A stretch of DNA of 64,000 nt from assembly GCA_038245295.1 (NCBI GenBank), contig JBBRSP010000004.1, forward strand, positions 1 through 64,000, written 5' to 3'. The position numbers and the translations under genes are program-made. The notes under the pieces were generated by a model, which was not told the DNA's origin, ran no database searches, and was given only the letters and a program-made list of their open reading frames with translations. Numbering within the stretch: position 1 is the first letter of the stretch; the number at the start of each line of letters is the position of its first letter. Below are positions 20,886 through 30,917 of the stretch, one piece after another. The stretch is from Candidatus Binatia bacterium. Its GTDB lineage: Bacteria > Desulfobacterota > Binatia > HRBIN30.

Positions 20886-20974
20886 ACCTGGACCGCTCCT
20901 TCCCTCATCGTTTGGAACGATCGATGGTGGGAGAGGGTCGGAGTGACGGGTGAGGGCGCGTCGACCATGAGGCG

Positions 20975-22390
20975 TTACTCGATTTCGAAGTATATATTAC
21001 GCAGCTCCGAGTAGTGTTCCATCGCGTGCATGCCGAGCTCGCGGCCAATACCGGACTGTTTATAGCCGCCAAAGGGGGCTTGCAGGTGAACGCTCGACGA
21101 AGAGTTCACCGACATGACACCGGTGCGGATCGCCTGAGCGACACGTAATCCACGCTTGAAGTCGTTGGTCCACAGAGACCCCGAGAGGCCGTAGATCGTG
21201 TCGTTGGCGATTTCCACGGCCTCCGCCTCGGTATCGAAGCTGAGCACCGTCGCCACGGGCCCGAAAATCTCTTCATCGACAATGCGCATACGCGAACGGG
21301 CGCCGTCGAACACGGCGGGGCGAATGTAGAAGCCCGGCCGCTGGAGGCGATCGCCGCCACAGGCGAGGCGCGCGCCCTCTTGTTTGCCGATGGCAACGTA
21401 CTCTTCGGTGCGCGTCAGTTGGCCCTTCGAGATGACCGGACCCATCTGCGTGCTCTCGTCGAGCGGCTCGCCCAGCTGAATTGCTTCGGTCGCTGCCACC
21501 ATGGCTTCGACGAACTGCTTGTGAATCGAGCGTTGGACGATGATGCGAGAACGAGCGCAGCAGTCTTGCCCGGCATTGGCAAACACGGAGCCAACCGCCT
21601 CGCCGGCGACCTTGACGATATCGACGTCCTCGAAGATCACGTTGGGCGATTTGCCGCCGAGCTCGAGGCCGACACGTTTGATCGTCTGCGCCGCCGCCGC
21701 CATGATGGCGCGGCCGGTTGCCGTCTCGCCGGTAAAGCCAACTTTCGCGATGTCCGGATGCGCCGCAATCGCCGCGCCGATCTGCGCTCCCGGCCCAGGA
21801 ATTACGTTGAGCACGCCGGCCGGCACGCCGGCTTCGAGAGCCAACTCGCCGAGACGAATCGCCGAGAGCGGCGTCAGGCTCGCCGGTTTCAGCACCACCG
21901 TATTTCCGCACGCCAGCGCCGGCGCGAGCTTCCACGTTGCGATCACCATCGGGAAGTTCCACGGAACGATCAGACCGACGACACCAAGCGGTTGGTGCAG
22001 CGTGATGTCGAGCCCGTTCTTTTTCGTCGCGATGGTCTCGCCGAAGAACTTGTCGCAAGCGCCTGCGTAATAGCGGATCGTCTCGAAAACGTGGTTTGCC
22101 TCCCATCGCGCATCGCCGATCGGCTTGCCGGTATTTCGAGCCTCGAGCACGGCGAGCTCTTCGGCATGTGCACGCACCAGATCAGCAAAACGGAAGAGGA
22201 TGTCGGCGCGCGCGACGGCGGTGGTTCGCGACCAGGACTCAAAGGCCTTCTTGGCCGCGGCGATGGCGGCTTCCAGGTCGTTTGGACCCGCCGAGGCCAC
22301 CTCGTCCAACAGTTCCCCGCGGGATGGGTCGAGCACCTGGATCGCACCGGCGCCGCGGGGTCGCTGATCGCCAATCACCAACGCATGCAT
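20975..22390 (-). CDS. Aldehyde dehydrogenase (PuuC-like)
   Basis: PWNFP, FTGET, LELGGKSP, GQDCC, EEIFGP, PFGGYKQSG. Confidence 0.93.
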   Translation of the reverse strand: MHALVIGDQRPRGAGAIQVLDPSRGELLDEVASAGPNDLEAAIAAAKKAFESWSRTTAVARADILFRFADLVRAHAEELAVLEARNTGKPIGDARWEANHVFETIRYYAGACDKFFGETIATKKNGLDITLHQPLGVVGLIVPWNFPMVIATWKLAPALACGNTVVLKPASLTPLSAIRLGELALEAGVPAGVLNVIPGPGAQIGAAIAAHPDIAKVGFTGETATGRAIMAAAAQTIKRVGLELGGKSPNVIFEDVDIVKVAGEAVGSVFANAGQDCCARSRIIVQRSIHKQFVEAMVAATEAIQLGEPLDESTQMGPVISKGQLTRTEEYVAIGKQEGARLACGGDRLQRPGFYIRPAVFDGARSRMRIVDEEIFGPVATVLSFDTEAEAVEIANDTIYGLSGSLWTNDFKRGLRVAQAIRTGVMSVNSSSSVHLQAPFGGYKQSGIGRELGMHAMEHYSELRNIYFEIE

Positions 22391-22403
22391 GTCGTTCTTC
22401 CTC

Positions 22404-24815
22404 CTAGGCGGTTGCGGTTCGGGTCGGCGTCGCGGTTCGCGTCACGCTGGGGGTCGGCGTCGCCGACAACACCGGCGCCGGGTTGCAACGCAGCGCCAAC
22501 AAGTCGTCATCGACGAGTAATCGGTTCGCCGAGTCACGTCCGCGCGTCGTCGTCTCGATGACGCGACGTCCGGCAGCAGGTAAGGCAACAGTGCCGCCGA
22601 GGGGGACACGGATGGCCGCGAACACCGAACAGGTGTCGATGCCGGTGTATGATGGCGAGAACGAGACGGTGGTCGTGCAGACGCCGTCGCCTGCGTTCAG
22701 GCTACTGTCACACTGCGGAGACTCGGTGCAGGCGGCACCGCCACGTGGCCCGCCCAGACACGTGCCACTGACGACACCGCCGAGTGGGATCAGAGAGCTC
22801 TCGAGAGCCATGCGGTTCGGTGTGTTTACTTCATCCTGCATCGCCGCCGGGTTGGTGATGCGCACCGACTCGATGCTCTCCAGCGCACAGCCACTTCCGG
22901 AAACATTCAGGCATTGAGCCAGCCGGAAAGTGCAGGCGCGATCGCCGGTCGACCCACCGAAGTCGCATGTAGGATCGTCGTCCTGACAGGTCACCTGGAC
23001 CAACAAGAAGGCATGTGAGCATTCCTGGGCACCGTTGACGCCACCGCCCAGGTTCAACTTGTCGGGCTCGATCCGACAGGTTGAGGAGCAACCGTCGCCG
23101 CTCCTGACGTTGCCGTCATCGCACTGCTCGCCGAGGTCCGGTTGACCGCTACCGCAGCCAGGAAGCGGCGTCGCGCTGGCGGTCGACGTGGGTGTCGTCG
23201 TCGGCGTCGGAGTTTGCGTTTTGGTTGGCGTGGTCGTCGGCGTTAGCGTGCGCGTCGGCGTCAACGTCGGGGTTGCCGTCGGGGTGCCGGTCATACTCGG
23301 CGTCGCGGTCAGCGTCGGCGTACTGGTCATACTAGGCGTTGTCGTCGGTGGCTGCGTTCCGAATCGCGTATTGGTTCGTGTGGCCGTGATTGTCGGCGTC
23401 GGCGTCTCGGTTTGCGTAGGGGTCAGAGTCCACGTGGGCGTCAGACTTGGCGTGAACGTCGGCAGGGCAGACGAAAGATCGGCGGAAAAGGGGGCTGCCG
23501 CGTCACCGATCCCGTTGAAGAGATTCGCCCACTTCGAGTACTTGCCCCAGGCGTAGTGCACTTCTACCGGCTGCTGGATCGAATCGTTCCACACCACAAC
23601 GCTGTTGCCCTCGATGCGGGCGTTGGCCCAAACGAACTGGCCGCTTGGGCCACGCACCGAGAAGCCGTGAGGTGCTGCCGATCCCGGCGCCATCAGTCCG
23701 GTGGCGGTATCGGGGCGGAACTCGAGTCGCATCCGATTCGACTCGATACGCATGCCCTTATAGATCGGCCCCGAATAGACCTGCGGGCGATTGTAGACAT
23801 TCGCCAGGGCGATTCGAGCGAAGCGCCGACCATAGTCTTCCTTGTCCGGGGGATGAATCGAGCCGTCGAGATCGGCGGAGATAACCATCCCCGTATTCGG
23901 CTCTATCGAGAGTGTCTTGAAGTAGACGTCGCGCATCTTGAGCGACAGATCGTTGTCGTTCGGATCGCCGGGCAAGGGTTGAACCGTCTCATCGATGCCA
24001 AGTCCGCCGCCCGTCGGCAGTTGCACATACATGAAGGGGAAATCCCCCTGGCCCCACTCGCGACGCCAAGAGCGGATCAATCCTGGCAGGGTCGCCTTGT
24101 AACGATCGGGGCGCACCGCGTCGGCCTCCCCTTGCCACCAGGCGACACCACGGATGGCATAGGGTTCGAGCGGTTCGATATGGGATAGAAAATTGTAGCC
24201 TGGAGCGCGCTGCGTCGCGTTGAGCACGGCTTGCAAACCGGGGTCGGGATCGTCGACGACGGTCCGCCCGAGCCAACTCAGAATACCGCTCCCGCCGACG
24301 GCCTGATTGAGCAGGCCAACGGTTACGCCGAGCGACTCCGTGAGTCCAACGCCGAACCAGAAAGCCGTCCCCGATGGATTATCCTGCCAGTCGTTGCCCT
24401 TGTTGGTACGCACCAGCGGATGCTGTTGGAGGACGCTATTGTCGGGAACATTGAGGACCATGTTGGACTGACCGCTGCACAACCAAACCTCGCCGACCAT
24501 CACGTTGCTCACGTCGAGAGTCGTCGTCCCGCCGTAAACGCGCAAATGCAGCGGTCCGCCTCCGGCCATGGGATCGAGACGAACCATCCAGTTGCCGTTG
24601 CCGTCGGCGCGTGTCGTGCGACGCTGATAGGCCAGGGTAACCGTAACCGACTCGCCGGGCAGAGCCTTTCCCCAGATGGGCAGGCTGATACCACGCTGCA
24701 GAACCATTCCATCGGTGAACAACGGACTCGTGAGCGCTGGTGCCGCCATCGTCGAAGCCGGCACAGCCAGCAACAAAACGATGAGAAAATATGCGAAGTT
24801 GCGGGCGAGTTTCAT
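22404..24815 (-). CDS. Secreted sialate O-acetylesterase-family (SGNH) enzyme with Thr/Pro linker and Cys-rich C-terminal domains
   Basis: FTDGMVLQR, GEVWLCSGQSNM, WWQGEAD, IHPPDK; CDDGNVRSGDGCSSTC myxococcal Cys-rich repeat. Confidence 0.85.
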   Translation of the reverse strand: MKLARNFAYFLIVLLLAVPASTMAAPALTSPLFTDGMVLQRGISLPIWGKALPGESVTVTLAYQRRTTRADGNGNWMVRLDPMAGGGPLHLRVYGGTTTLDVSNVMVGEVWLCSGQSNMVLNVPDNSVLQQHPLVRTNKGNDWQDNPSGTAFWFGVGLTESLGVTVGLLNQAVGGSGILSWLGRTVVDDPDPGLQAVLNATQRAPGYNFLSHIEPLEPYAIRGVAWWQGEADAVRPDRYKATLPGLIRSWRREWGQGDFPFMYVQLPTGGGLGIDETVQPLPGDPNDNDLSLKMRDVYFKTLSIEPNTGMVISADLDGSIHPPDKEDYGRRFARIALANVYNRPQVYSGPIYKGMRIESNRMRLEFRPDTATGLMAPGSAAPHGFSVRGPSGQFVWANARIEGNSVVVWNDSIQQPVEVHYAWGKYSKWANLFNGIGDAAAPFSADLSSALPTFTPSLTPTWTLTPTQTETPTPTITATRTNTRFGTQPPTTTPSMTSTPTLTATPSMTGTPTATPTLTPTRTLTPTTTPTKTQTPTPTTTPTSTASATPLPGCGSGQPDLGEQCDDGNVRSGDGCSSTCRIEPDKLNLGGGVNGAQECSHAFLLVQVTCQDDDPTCDFGGSTGDRACTFRLAQCLNVSGSGCALESIESVRITNPAAMQDEVNTPNRMALESSLIPLGGVVSGTCLGGPRGGAACTESPQCDSSLNAGDGVCTTTVSFSPSYTGIDTCSVFAAIRVPLGGTVALPAAGRRVIETTTRGRDSANRLLVDDDLLALRCNPAPVLSATPTPSVTRTATPTRTATA

Positions 24816-24856
24816 AGACTAAGTGGACGCGGACGATAGGGGTGCGCGATACCATT

Positions 24857-24902
24857 TGTCAATGCAATCATCGGCGCAATCATCGAAGCAGTTCGACGAT
24901 TG
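24857..24902. promoter_or_regulatory. Divergent promoter region with repeated operator-like motif
   Basis: Minus-strand TTGACA (24857-24862); GCAATCATCG twice plus inverted near-copy TCGACGATTG. Confidence 0.5.
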
Positions 24903-24937
24903 AGGGCCTCGGAGGGGCATGTTAAGGGACGCTCCCC

Positions 24938-26539
24938 GTGTTGCGCTCCTATCGGTTTTGCCGGACGCGAGTCACTCCGCTTGTCGTCATTTATTGCTGT
25001 CTGCTCGCCTACCGAGACGCCGCGGCCATCGATTCATTTCCTTTGTCTACTCCTGGAGGCGAACCGACACAGATCACGCGCGGTAGTGACGACAATCTGT
25101 GGTTCACCGAGGCCAATCTAAATCGCATCGGACGCATCGACGTGGCCGGCAACATTACCGAGACTATCGTACCAACCACCAACAGTCGGCCGTTCGCCAT
25201 TGATGGCGGCCCTGACGGGAATCTGTGGTTTACGGAATCACTCGCCAATCAGATCGGACGATTGAATCCGACAACACTGGAAGTGCAGGAGTTCGCCATC
25301 CCGACGGCAGACAGCCAACCGCTCGGCATCGCCAACGGCGGCGCGGGAACGCTGTGGTTCACAGAGTTTTCGGGCAATCGAATCGGACGCATTCAAGTAA
25401 ACGGGGCGAGCCTCGAGTACGTGCTGCCGCAAGTCGGGTCGCAACCATTTGGCATCGTCGCCGGCCCCGACGGCCGGATCTGGTTTACAGAGTTCGGCGG
25501 CAACCGCATCGGGCGACTCAATCCGGCGCTGCCTCCGTCGAACGCGCAAGCGATCACTGAATTCTCGATCCCAACATCGAATGCGGAGGCAATCGGCATC
25601 ACCGTCGGAAGCGATGGGAATTTGTGGTTCACGGAGTTTCGCGGCAATCGGATCGGACGGATCACAACCTCCGGGGTGATCACCGAATTCAGTCTCACGA
25701 CGAACGCCGCGGGACCGCGCAGTCTCACCCTCGGCCCCGAAGGCAATGTCTGGTTTACCGCAGCCATCGGCTTGATAGGCCGCGTCTTCTTGAACGGCAC
25801 GATCACCGAGCTGCCTACGGCCGCCGATGGTGAACCGTTCGGGATCGCTACCGGCAGCGACGCCAACCTGTGGTACACGGAGGTGGGGCGCAACCGCATT
25901 AGCCGCTTGGTTCTAGGCGCAACACCGACCCGCAACCCAAGTGATCGCCCGACAGCAACACGGACACCGACGCAGCTACCGACTGCCACGGCGACGCGAA
26001 CAATCTCGCCCACGATCTCGGTGACACCAACCGTTTCCATCACGCCGACGGCCTCGGCAACACCGCCCAACACGCCAACGCCGAGCGATACGCCGAGCCG
26101 GACATCCACCGCGACGATCACCCCGTCGCCACTGGCGACCACGGCAGGACCGGCAACACTGACGGCCACGCCTTCCCTCACCGCGGAACCCGGTCCAACC
26201 GCGACGGAAACAACCTCACCGACGGCAACTCACAGCCCATCACCATCGTCGACGCCCGTCGACTCAGCGGCACCGACCGAGACGCCCACGCCAACCCCGC
26301 GACCGACGGACACAGCCACAACCGAGCCAACCGTCACCGCAACGGTCGCCTGCACGGGTGATTGCGGCGGGGATGGAGAGGTAACCGTCGATGAGTTGTT
26401 GACGATGGTGACCATCGACCTCGGCTCGGCATCGATCGACGCCTGCCGTGCCGGAGATACAAACGGCGACGGCGAGGTCACCATTGATGAGATCCTCGCC
26501 GCCGTGAATTACGCGTTGGGAAGCTGCCCGGGGCGCTGA
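24938..26539 (+). CDS. Secreted Vgb-like beta-propeller protein with Thr/Pro linker and dockerin-like domain
   Basis: Seven GxDxNLWFTE...NRIGR-type blades; CTGDCGGDGEVTVDEL...GDTNGDGEVTIDEI. Confidence 0.85.
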   Translation: MLRSYRFCRTRVTPLVVIYCCLLAYRDAAAIDSFPLSTPGGEPTQITRGSDDNLWFTEANLNRIGRIDVAGNITETIVPTTNSRPFAIDGGPDGNLWFTESLANQIGRLNPTTLEVQEFAIPTADSQPLGIANGGAGTLWFTEFSGNRIGRIQVNGASLEYVLPQVGSQPFGIVAGPDGRIWFTEFGGNRIGRLNPALPPSNAQAITEFSIPTSNAEAIGITVGSDGNLWFTEFRGNRIGRITTSGVITEFSLTTNAAGPRSLTLGPEGNVWFTAAIGLIGRVFLNGTITELPTAADGEPFGIATGSDANLWYTEVGRNRISRLVLGATPTRNPSDRPTATRTPTQLPTATATRTISPTISVTPTVSITPTASATPPNTPTPSDTPSRTSTATITPSPLATTAGPATLTATPSLTAEPGPTATETTSPTATHSPSPSSTPVDSAAPTETPTPTPRPTDTATTEPTVTATVACTGDCGGDGEVTVDELLTMVTIDLGSASIDACRAGDTNGDGEVTIDEILAAVNYALGSCPGR

Positions 26540-26544
26540 CGCAA

Positions 26545-27324
26545 CTACTCTGGGGTGACGTAGGCGCCGGTCAGACCACCATCGACCAGGAACGTCGCGC
26601 CGTTCACATACGACGATTCATCCGATGCCAGGAAGAGAGCGCCGTTGGCGATTTCTTCGGCCTCGGCCAAACGCCCCATGGGCAGGTGCACAAGGCGACG
26701 CGCCTTGCGGGCCGGGTCAGACAGCAGATTTTGCAAGAGCGGTGTGTTGACGGGACCGGGACAAAGCGAGTTGGCGCGAATCCCCTTGCGGGCAAACTCC
26801 ACGGCGATCTCACGGGTCAGCGCCAGGACGCCGCCCTTTGACGCGGTGTAGGCGCTCTGCGATGTAGCGGCGCCCATCAGTGCGACGAAGGAAGCGGTGT
26901 TGATGAGCGAACCGCCGCCGGCACGGAGCAGAGCGGGAATGCCGTACTTGCAGCCGAAGAAGACGCCCTTGAGATTGACGTTGATCACACGATCGAAGAT
27001 CGCTTCTTCCGTATCGGTGACGGACCCGTCTTCGTCGGGAAAGATGCCGGCATTATTGAACAGGACGTGCAGAGCACCGAACGTCTTTTCCGCAAACGCC
27101 ACCATGGCCTGATTGTCCGCCGCCTTGGTCACGTCGGCGCGGAAGAACGCGGCCGTCCCGCCCTGGGCTTTGATCTCGTCGACGACCTTCTGCCCGGCGT
27201 CGACGAGGAAGTCGACGACGACGACTTTGGCGCCTTCCTGCGAAAAGCGCAGAGCGGTAGCGCGCCCGATGCCGCCACCTGCCCCCGTGATCAATGCCAC
27301 TTTGTTGGCCAATCGACCTGCCAT
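26545..27324 (-). CDS. SDR family oxidoreductase
   Basis: TGAGGGIG, NNAG, YTASK, LCPGPV; AAGGAGAG RBS before ATG 27324. Confidence 0.9.
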   Translation of the reverse strand: MAGRLANKVALITGAGGGIGRATALRFSQEGAKVVVVDFLVDAGQKVVDEIKAQGGTAAFFRADVTKAADNQAMVAFAEKTFGALHVLFNNAGIFPDEDGSVTDTEEAIFDRVINVNLKGVFFGCKYGIPALLRAGGGSLINTASFVALMGAATSQSAYTASKGGVLALTREIAVEFARKGIRANSLCPGPVNTPLLQNLLSDPARKARRLVHLPMGRLAEAEEIANGALFLASDESSYVNGATFLVDGGLTGAYVTPE

Positions 27325-27346
27325 GATTCTCTCCTTCTGTATTTGA

Positions 27347-28060
27347 TTATCGCCGCCGCGCCGCCGCGGCTTGCGTAAAACTTGCGAATAGTTTCTGGGC
27401 CGCCACGTCGTCGGGCTGCATCTCGGGATGCCATTGCACAGCCATGCACCAGGGATGGCCCGCCAGCTCCAAGGCTTCGACCACACCATCTTCCGCCCAC
27501 GCTACGGCAGTGAGCGAATTGCCGATCCGATCGATAGCCTGATGGTGCCAGGAGCAGACATCGGTCGCCGTCGTTCCAACAATCTCGGCCAGGCGACTGT
27601 TGGCGGCAATTCGAACCGGGTGACAGACGGTCAAGCGCGGTGGCTGGCGGTGTGGCACTTGATCGCCAAAGGTGTCCGGCACATGGGCATGCAGATTGCC
27701 GCCCTGAACGACGTTCAAGAGCTGCAGGCCGCGGCAGATGCAAAGCAGCGGCACCTCGTCGTGCAAGGCTTGCCGGGCGAGCGTGAATTCGAACTGATCG
27801 CGTTCCTCGCTCACCGAGTAGACTGTCTCGTGTTCGGCGCCACCATACGCGGCGGGAGAAATGTCGCCGCCACCGGCCAACAGCAAACCGTCGACAAGCG
27901 TCAGCAACTGCGCCGGGTCATCTTCGCCCGGCGGCAAAACCAGGGGAATCGCCCCGGCCTTGCGCAAGCTGTCGACATAGCCGCACGGCAGCGAGAAGCT
28001 GGGCGTAGCCGAATCGGCGCGGCCATAAGACGTCACACCGATGATCGGGCGACCGGCCAC
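27347..28060 (-). CDS. puuD: Gamma-glutamyl-gamma-aminobutyrate hydrolase family (peptidase C26, PuuD-like)
   Basis: GGGDISP, ERDQFE, CICRGLQ, HHQA, VQWHPE. Confidence 0.85.
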   Translation of the reverse strand: MAGRPIIGVTSYGRADSATPSFSLPCGYVDSLRKAGAIPLVLPPGEDDPAQLLTLVDGLLLAGGGDISPAAYGGAEHETVYSVSEERDQFEFTLARQALHDEVPLLCICRGLQLLNVVQGGNLHAHVPDTFGDQVPHRQPPRLTVCHPVRIAANSRLAEIVGTTATDVCSWHHQAIDRIGNSLTAVAWAEDGVVEALELAGHPWCMAVQWHPEMQPDDVAAQKLFASFTQAAAARRR

Positions 28061-28063
28061 GGC

Positions 28064-29461
28064 TTATACCCGTTCTAGGAAGCGACGACGCTCCCAGGTG
28101 GTAACCACTTCATCGAACTTGCGTTGTTCGGTGCGTGCGAAGTGAACCAGATGTTCGACGACATCCGCGCCAAACGCTTCGCGGAACAGCGACGAAGCTT
28201 CGAACTCCTGGATCGCTTCCGGCAGGCTTCGCGGAATCGTCGGTAGTCCTTCGGCGGCGTACACGTCACCGCGGAACATCGCCGGTGGCTCGATGCGTTT
28301 GGCGATGCCATCCATCCCAGCCGCCAAGGTTGCGGCAAAGGCGAGGTAGGGATTACCGTCGGCACCCGGCATCCGGCACTCGACACGCAACCCCGCGCCG
28401 TGGCCGACGACGCGAAAGCCGGCGGTGCGGTTGTCGTAAGACCAGGCGATACCCGTCGGCGCAAAAGATCCGGCACGAAAACGTTTGTAGGAATTGACGA
28501 ACGGCGCAAACATCAGAGCACTAGCGCGGGCGTGATGCAGCAGCCCGCCGAGCCACCAGCGAAACTCGTCGGGAACCTTCGACAAGTCGCCGTCCGTCGG
28601 CGCCGGCGCCTTGAACAACGGCGTCGACCCGTCGACCGACCACAGGCTCGAATGAATATGCATCGAGCTGCCGGCATGCCGTTCATCGAACTTGGCCATG
28701 AAAGTCACCGCCAGGCTCTGTTGAATGGCGACCTCCTTGGCGAGTTGTTTGTAGATCACATGGCGGTCGGCCATTTCGAGAAAGTCGGCGTAGCGCACGT
28801 TGATCTCGTGCTGCCCAGGCCCCCATTCCCCTTTCGAGAACTCGACCGGTACACCCGAGTCGTCGAGATGCTGGCGAATGGCGCCAACCAATCCTTCGAC
28901 CTTGAGCCCCTGTAGGGTGTGGTAGTCTTCGACATACCAGCCAAAGGTCTCGAGGTTATCGAAGCCCTTCTTTTGCGCCGACTCATAGGTCTCCCGCAAG
29001 ATGAAGAACTCGAGCTCCGAAGCGCCCATGGCGCGAAACCCGAGCGATGCCGCACGGTCGACCTGGGTCTTGAGGATGCTGCGGGGAGCGACATCGACAA
29101 GAGCGTCCGTCTCCTCGTTGTAGACATCACAGAGCACAATGGCGGTGCGATCGAGCCAGCTGGCGCGCCGCAACGTCGACAGATCGGGCATGCAGCGGAC
29201 ATCGCCGTAACCGTCTTGCCAGGAAGCAAAACGATATCCGGGCACAGGATCCATATCCATGTCGCACGCCAGCAGGTAGTCGCAGACGTGCATGCCGTGC
29301 TCGATGACTTCGCTGCAGAAAAAGCGGCCGGTGATACGTTTGCCCACCAACCGACCGTACAGATCCGGCAGTACGGTCAGCACCGTGTTGATCTCGCCGC
29401 TGACGACGAGGGCTCGCAACTCCGCTTCGCTCAACATTCCTTGTGGTCGTAGATCGGCCAT
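28064..29461 (-). CDS. Glutamine synthetase-like gamma-glutamyl ligase (PuuA/GlnA-like)
   Basis: DLYGRLVGKR, ASELEF, EWGPGQHE, TFMAK, SSMHIH, NSYKR, DNRT, ECRMPGAD. Confidence 0.9.
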   Translation of the reverse strand: MADLRPQGMLSEAELRALVVSGEINTVLTVLPDLYGRLVGKRITGRFFCSEVIEHGMHVCDYLLACDMDMDPVPGYRFASWQDGYGDVRCMPDLSTLRRASWLDRTAIVLCDVYNEETDALVDVAPRSILKTQVDRAASLGFRAMGASELEFFILRETYESAQKKGFDNLETFGWYVEDYHTLQGLKVEGLVGAIRQHLDDSGVPVEFSKGEWGPGQHEINVRYADFLEMADRHVIYKQLAKEVAIQQSLAVTFMAKFDERHAGSSMHIHSSLWSVDGSTPLFKAPAPTDGDLSKVPDEFRWWLGGLLHHARASALMFAPFVNSYKRFRAGSFAPTGIAWSYDNRTAGFRVVGHGAGLRVECRMPGADGNPYLAFAATLAAGMDGIAKRIEPPAMFRGDVYAAEGLPTIPRSLPEAIQEFEASSLFREAFGADVVEHLVHFARTEQRKFDEVVTTWERRRFLERV

Positions 29462-29521
29462 GGGCGAGGTCTGTAGCACGCCAAGGCCTCGAGGAAAAAG
29501 ACGCTCTTGCGAAAGACGCGT

Positions 29522-30247
29522 CTATCCGGCCGCGACGGCGTCCTGGGGCTGGAGAAGCTGTTGCAGCCGCAAAGCCAGGGCAGCCCCCCGCCCTTCTTGC
29601 TCGTGTTTGAAGTACACGAACGTATCCTGCCATCCCGGGGTATCGGAGAGTCGCTGAGCCCATTCGGCGAGGTCGGCCTCGCTGTATTCCGGCTTACGCA
29701 GGCGGAAGTAGCCATAGTCCGCCGTCGCTTCGAAGGGAGCGCTTCGTTCTTCGCGATCCGAGATACACATCGCCATGTTGAAGCGGCGCAGGCATTCGTA
29801 GACATCGTCGCTGAACCATGTCGCATTACGGAACTCGAAGGCGCCACGGTAGCCGGGCGGCACTTGGTGCAGGAAGTCTTCGAGCCGCGGCAGGTCCTTC
29901 TTCAAAAAAGGCGGCAACTGGAACAACATGGCGCCGAGACGATGCTTCAAGACCTTCGACGTATCGACGAAATAGGTCAGCACGTCCCCGGCGTCCCGCA
30001 GGCGCAGATCATGGGTGATACGGCGCGGCGCTTTCAGCGCAAACATGAAATGTTCGGGTGTTTCCTTCGCCCATGCCTGCAGTGTTCGCACCGTCGGCAT
30101 GCGGTAGAATGTATAGTTGATTTCGACGCTGGAGAGCCGCTCACTATAGTACTTGAGCATCTCCGACTCGGCAATTTCGGCCGGGTAGAACGGACCGCGC
30201 CACTCCTTGTAGCTGTAGCCGGACGTACCAATCCAGAATCTTGCCAT
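29522..30247 (-). CDS. DUF72 family protein
   Basis: IGTSGYSY, VEINYTFY, FQLPP, FEFRN, YFRLR. Confidence 0.9.
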   Translation of the reverse strand: MARFWIGTSGYSYKEWRGPFYPAEIAESEMLKYYSERLSSVEINYTFYRMPTVRTLQAWAKETPEHFMFALKAPRRITHDLRLRDAGDVLTYFVDTSKVLKHRLGAMLFQLPPFLKKDLPRLEDFLHQVPPGYRGAFEFRNATWFSDDVYECLRRFNMAMCISDREERSAPFEATADYGYFRLRKPEYSEADLAEWAQRLSDTPGWQDTFVYFKHEQEGRGAALALRLQQLLQPQDAVAAG

Positions 30248-30285
30248 AGCGCGGCGCTCTAGCACGCGGCTCCGCTTGCGCCAAC

Positions 30286-30897
30286 TCAACGGCGGAAATG
30301 TGTCGCGTTACGACCTCTCAGCAGGCGGCTCACGGACTCCCACAGTTCCGGGATGCCTTGCCCGGTGACGGCCGAGCAAATGAGCGCCGTCGAGCCACTA
30401 TGCGCCGCGGCTTCCAGCAGGGCATGTGTTTGGCGCAACCGTTCGCCCTGATTGAGCTTGTCGACTTTTGTCCCGGCGACAACCGTCGCTACACCGTGAG
30501 CGCGGAGGAACTTAAGTAGTTGCTCATCCTCGTCCGCAAATCCGCGACGCAGGTCGACGAGCACTACGACGCCGCAAAGAGATGGGCGGTCGCTCAAATA
30601 GGCTTCCACCAGCGATTTCCACTGCGCTTTGACGGCGAGTGGAACACGAGCAAAACCGTACCCCGGGAGATCGGCCAGGATGAACGTCTCGTCGATGGTG
30701 AAGAAATTGATCTGCTGCGTGCGGCCGGGCGTCTTGCTCACCCGGGCCAACTTGCTCTGCCCGGTGAGGCGATTCAGCAATGATGATTTCCCGACATTCG
30801 ACTTACCGGCGACAGCGATTTCGGGAAGTGTGGACTGCGGAATTCGCTCGATGGTAGCAGCGGCGGCGATGAATCGCGCCGCGTGGGGGGTTGCCAT
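30286..30897 (-). CDS. engB: Ribosome biogenesis GTPase YihA/YsxC
   Basis: GKSNVGKSS, SKTPGRT, DLPGYG, TKVD. Confidence 0.92.
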   Translation of the reverse strand: MATPHAARFIAAAATIERIPQSTLPEIAVAGKSNVGKSSLLNRLTGQSKLARVSKTPGRTQQINFFTIDETFILADLPGYGFARVPLAVKAQWKSLVEAYLSDRPSLCGVVVLVDLRRGFADEDEQLLKFLRAHGVATVVAGTKVDKLNQGERLRQTHALLEAAAHSGSTALICSAVTGQGIPELWESVSRLLRGRNATHFRR

Positions 30898-30917
30898 GAT
30901 TTGCGTGGACGGTGGGC

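Noticed and set aside
20896..20956. CCCTC...GGGAGAGGG...GGTGAGGG palindromic repeat remnant
   Set aside because: Too degenerate to call from a single copy
24938..26539. Streptogramin B resistance gene vgb
   Set aside because: Secreted and dockerin-tagged; the last blade reads EPFGI where active Vgb has the catalytic His (EPHGI), so probably only the propeller fold
28064..29461. Housekeeping glutamine synthetase glnA
   Set aside because: PuuD-like neighbour and sequence style fit gamma-glutamyl ligases
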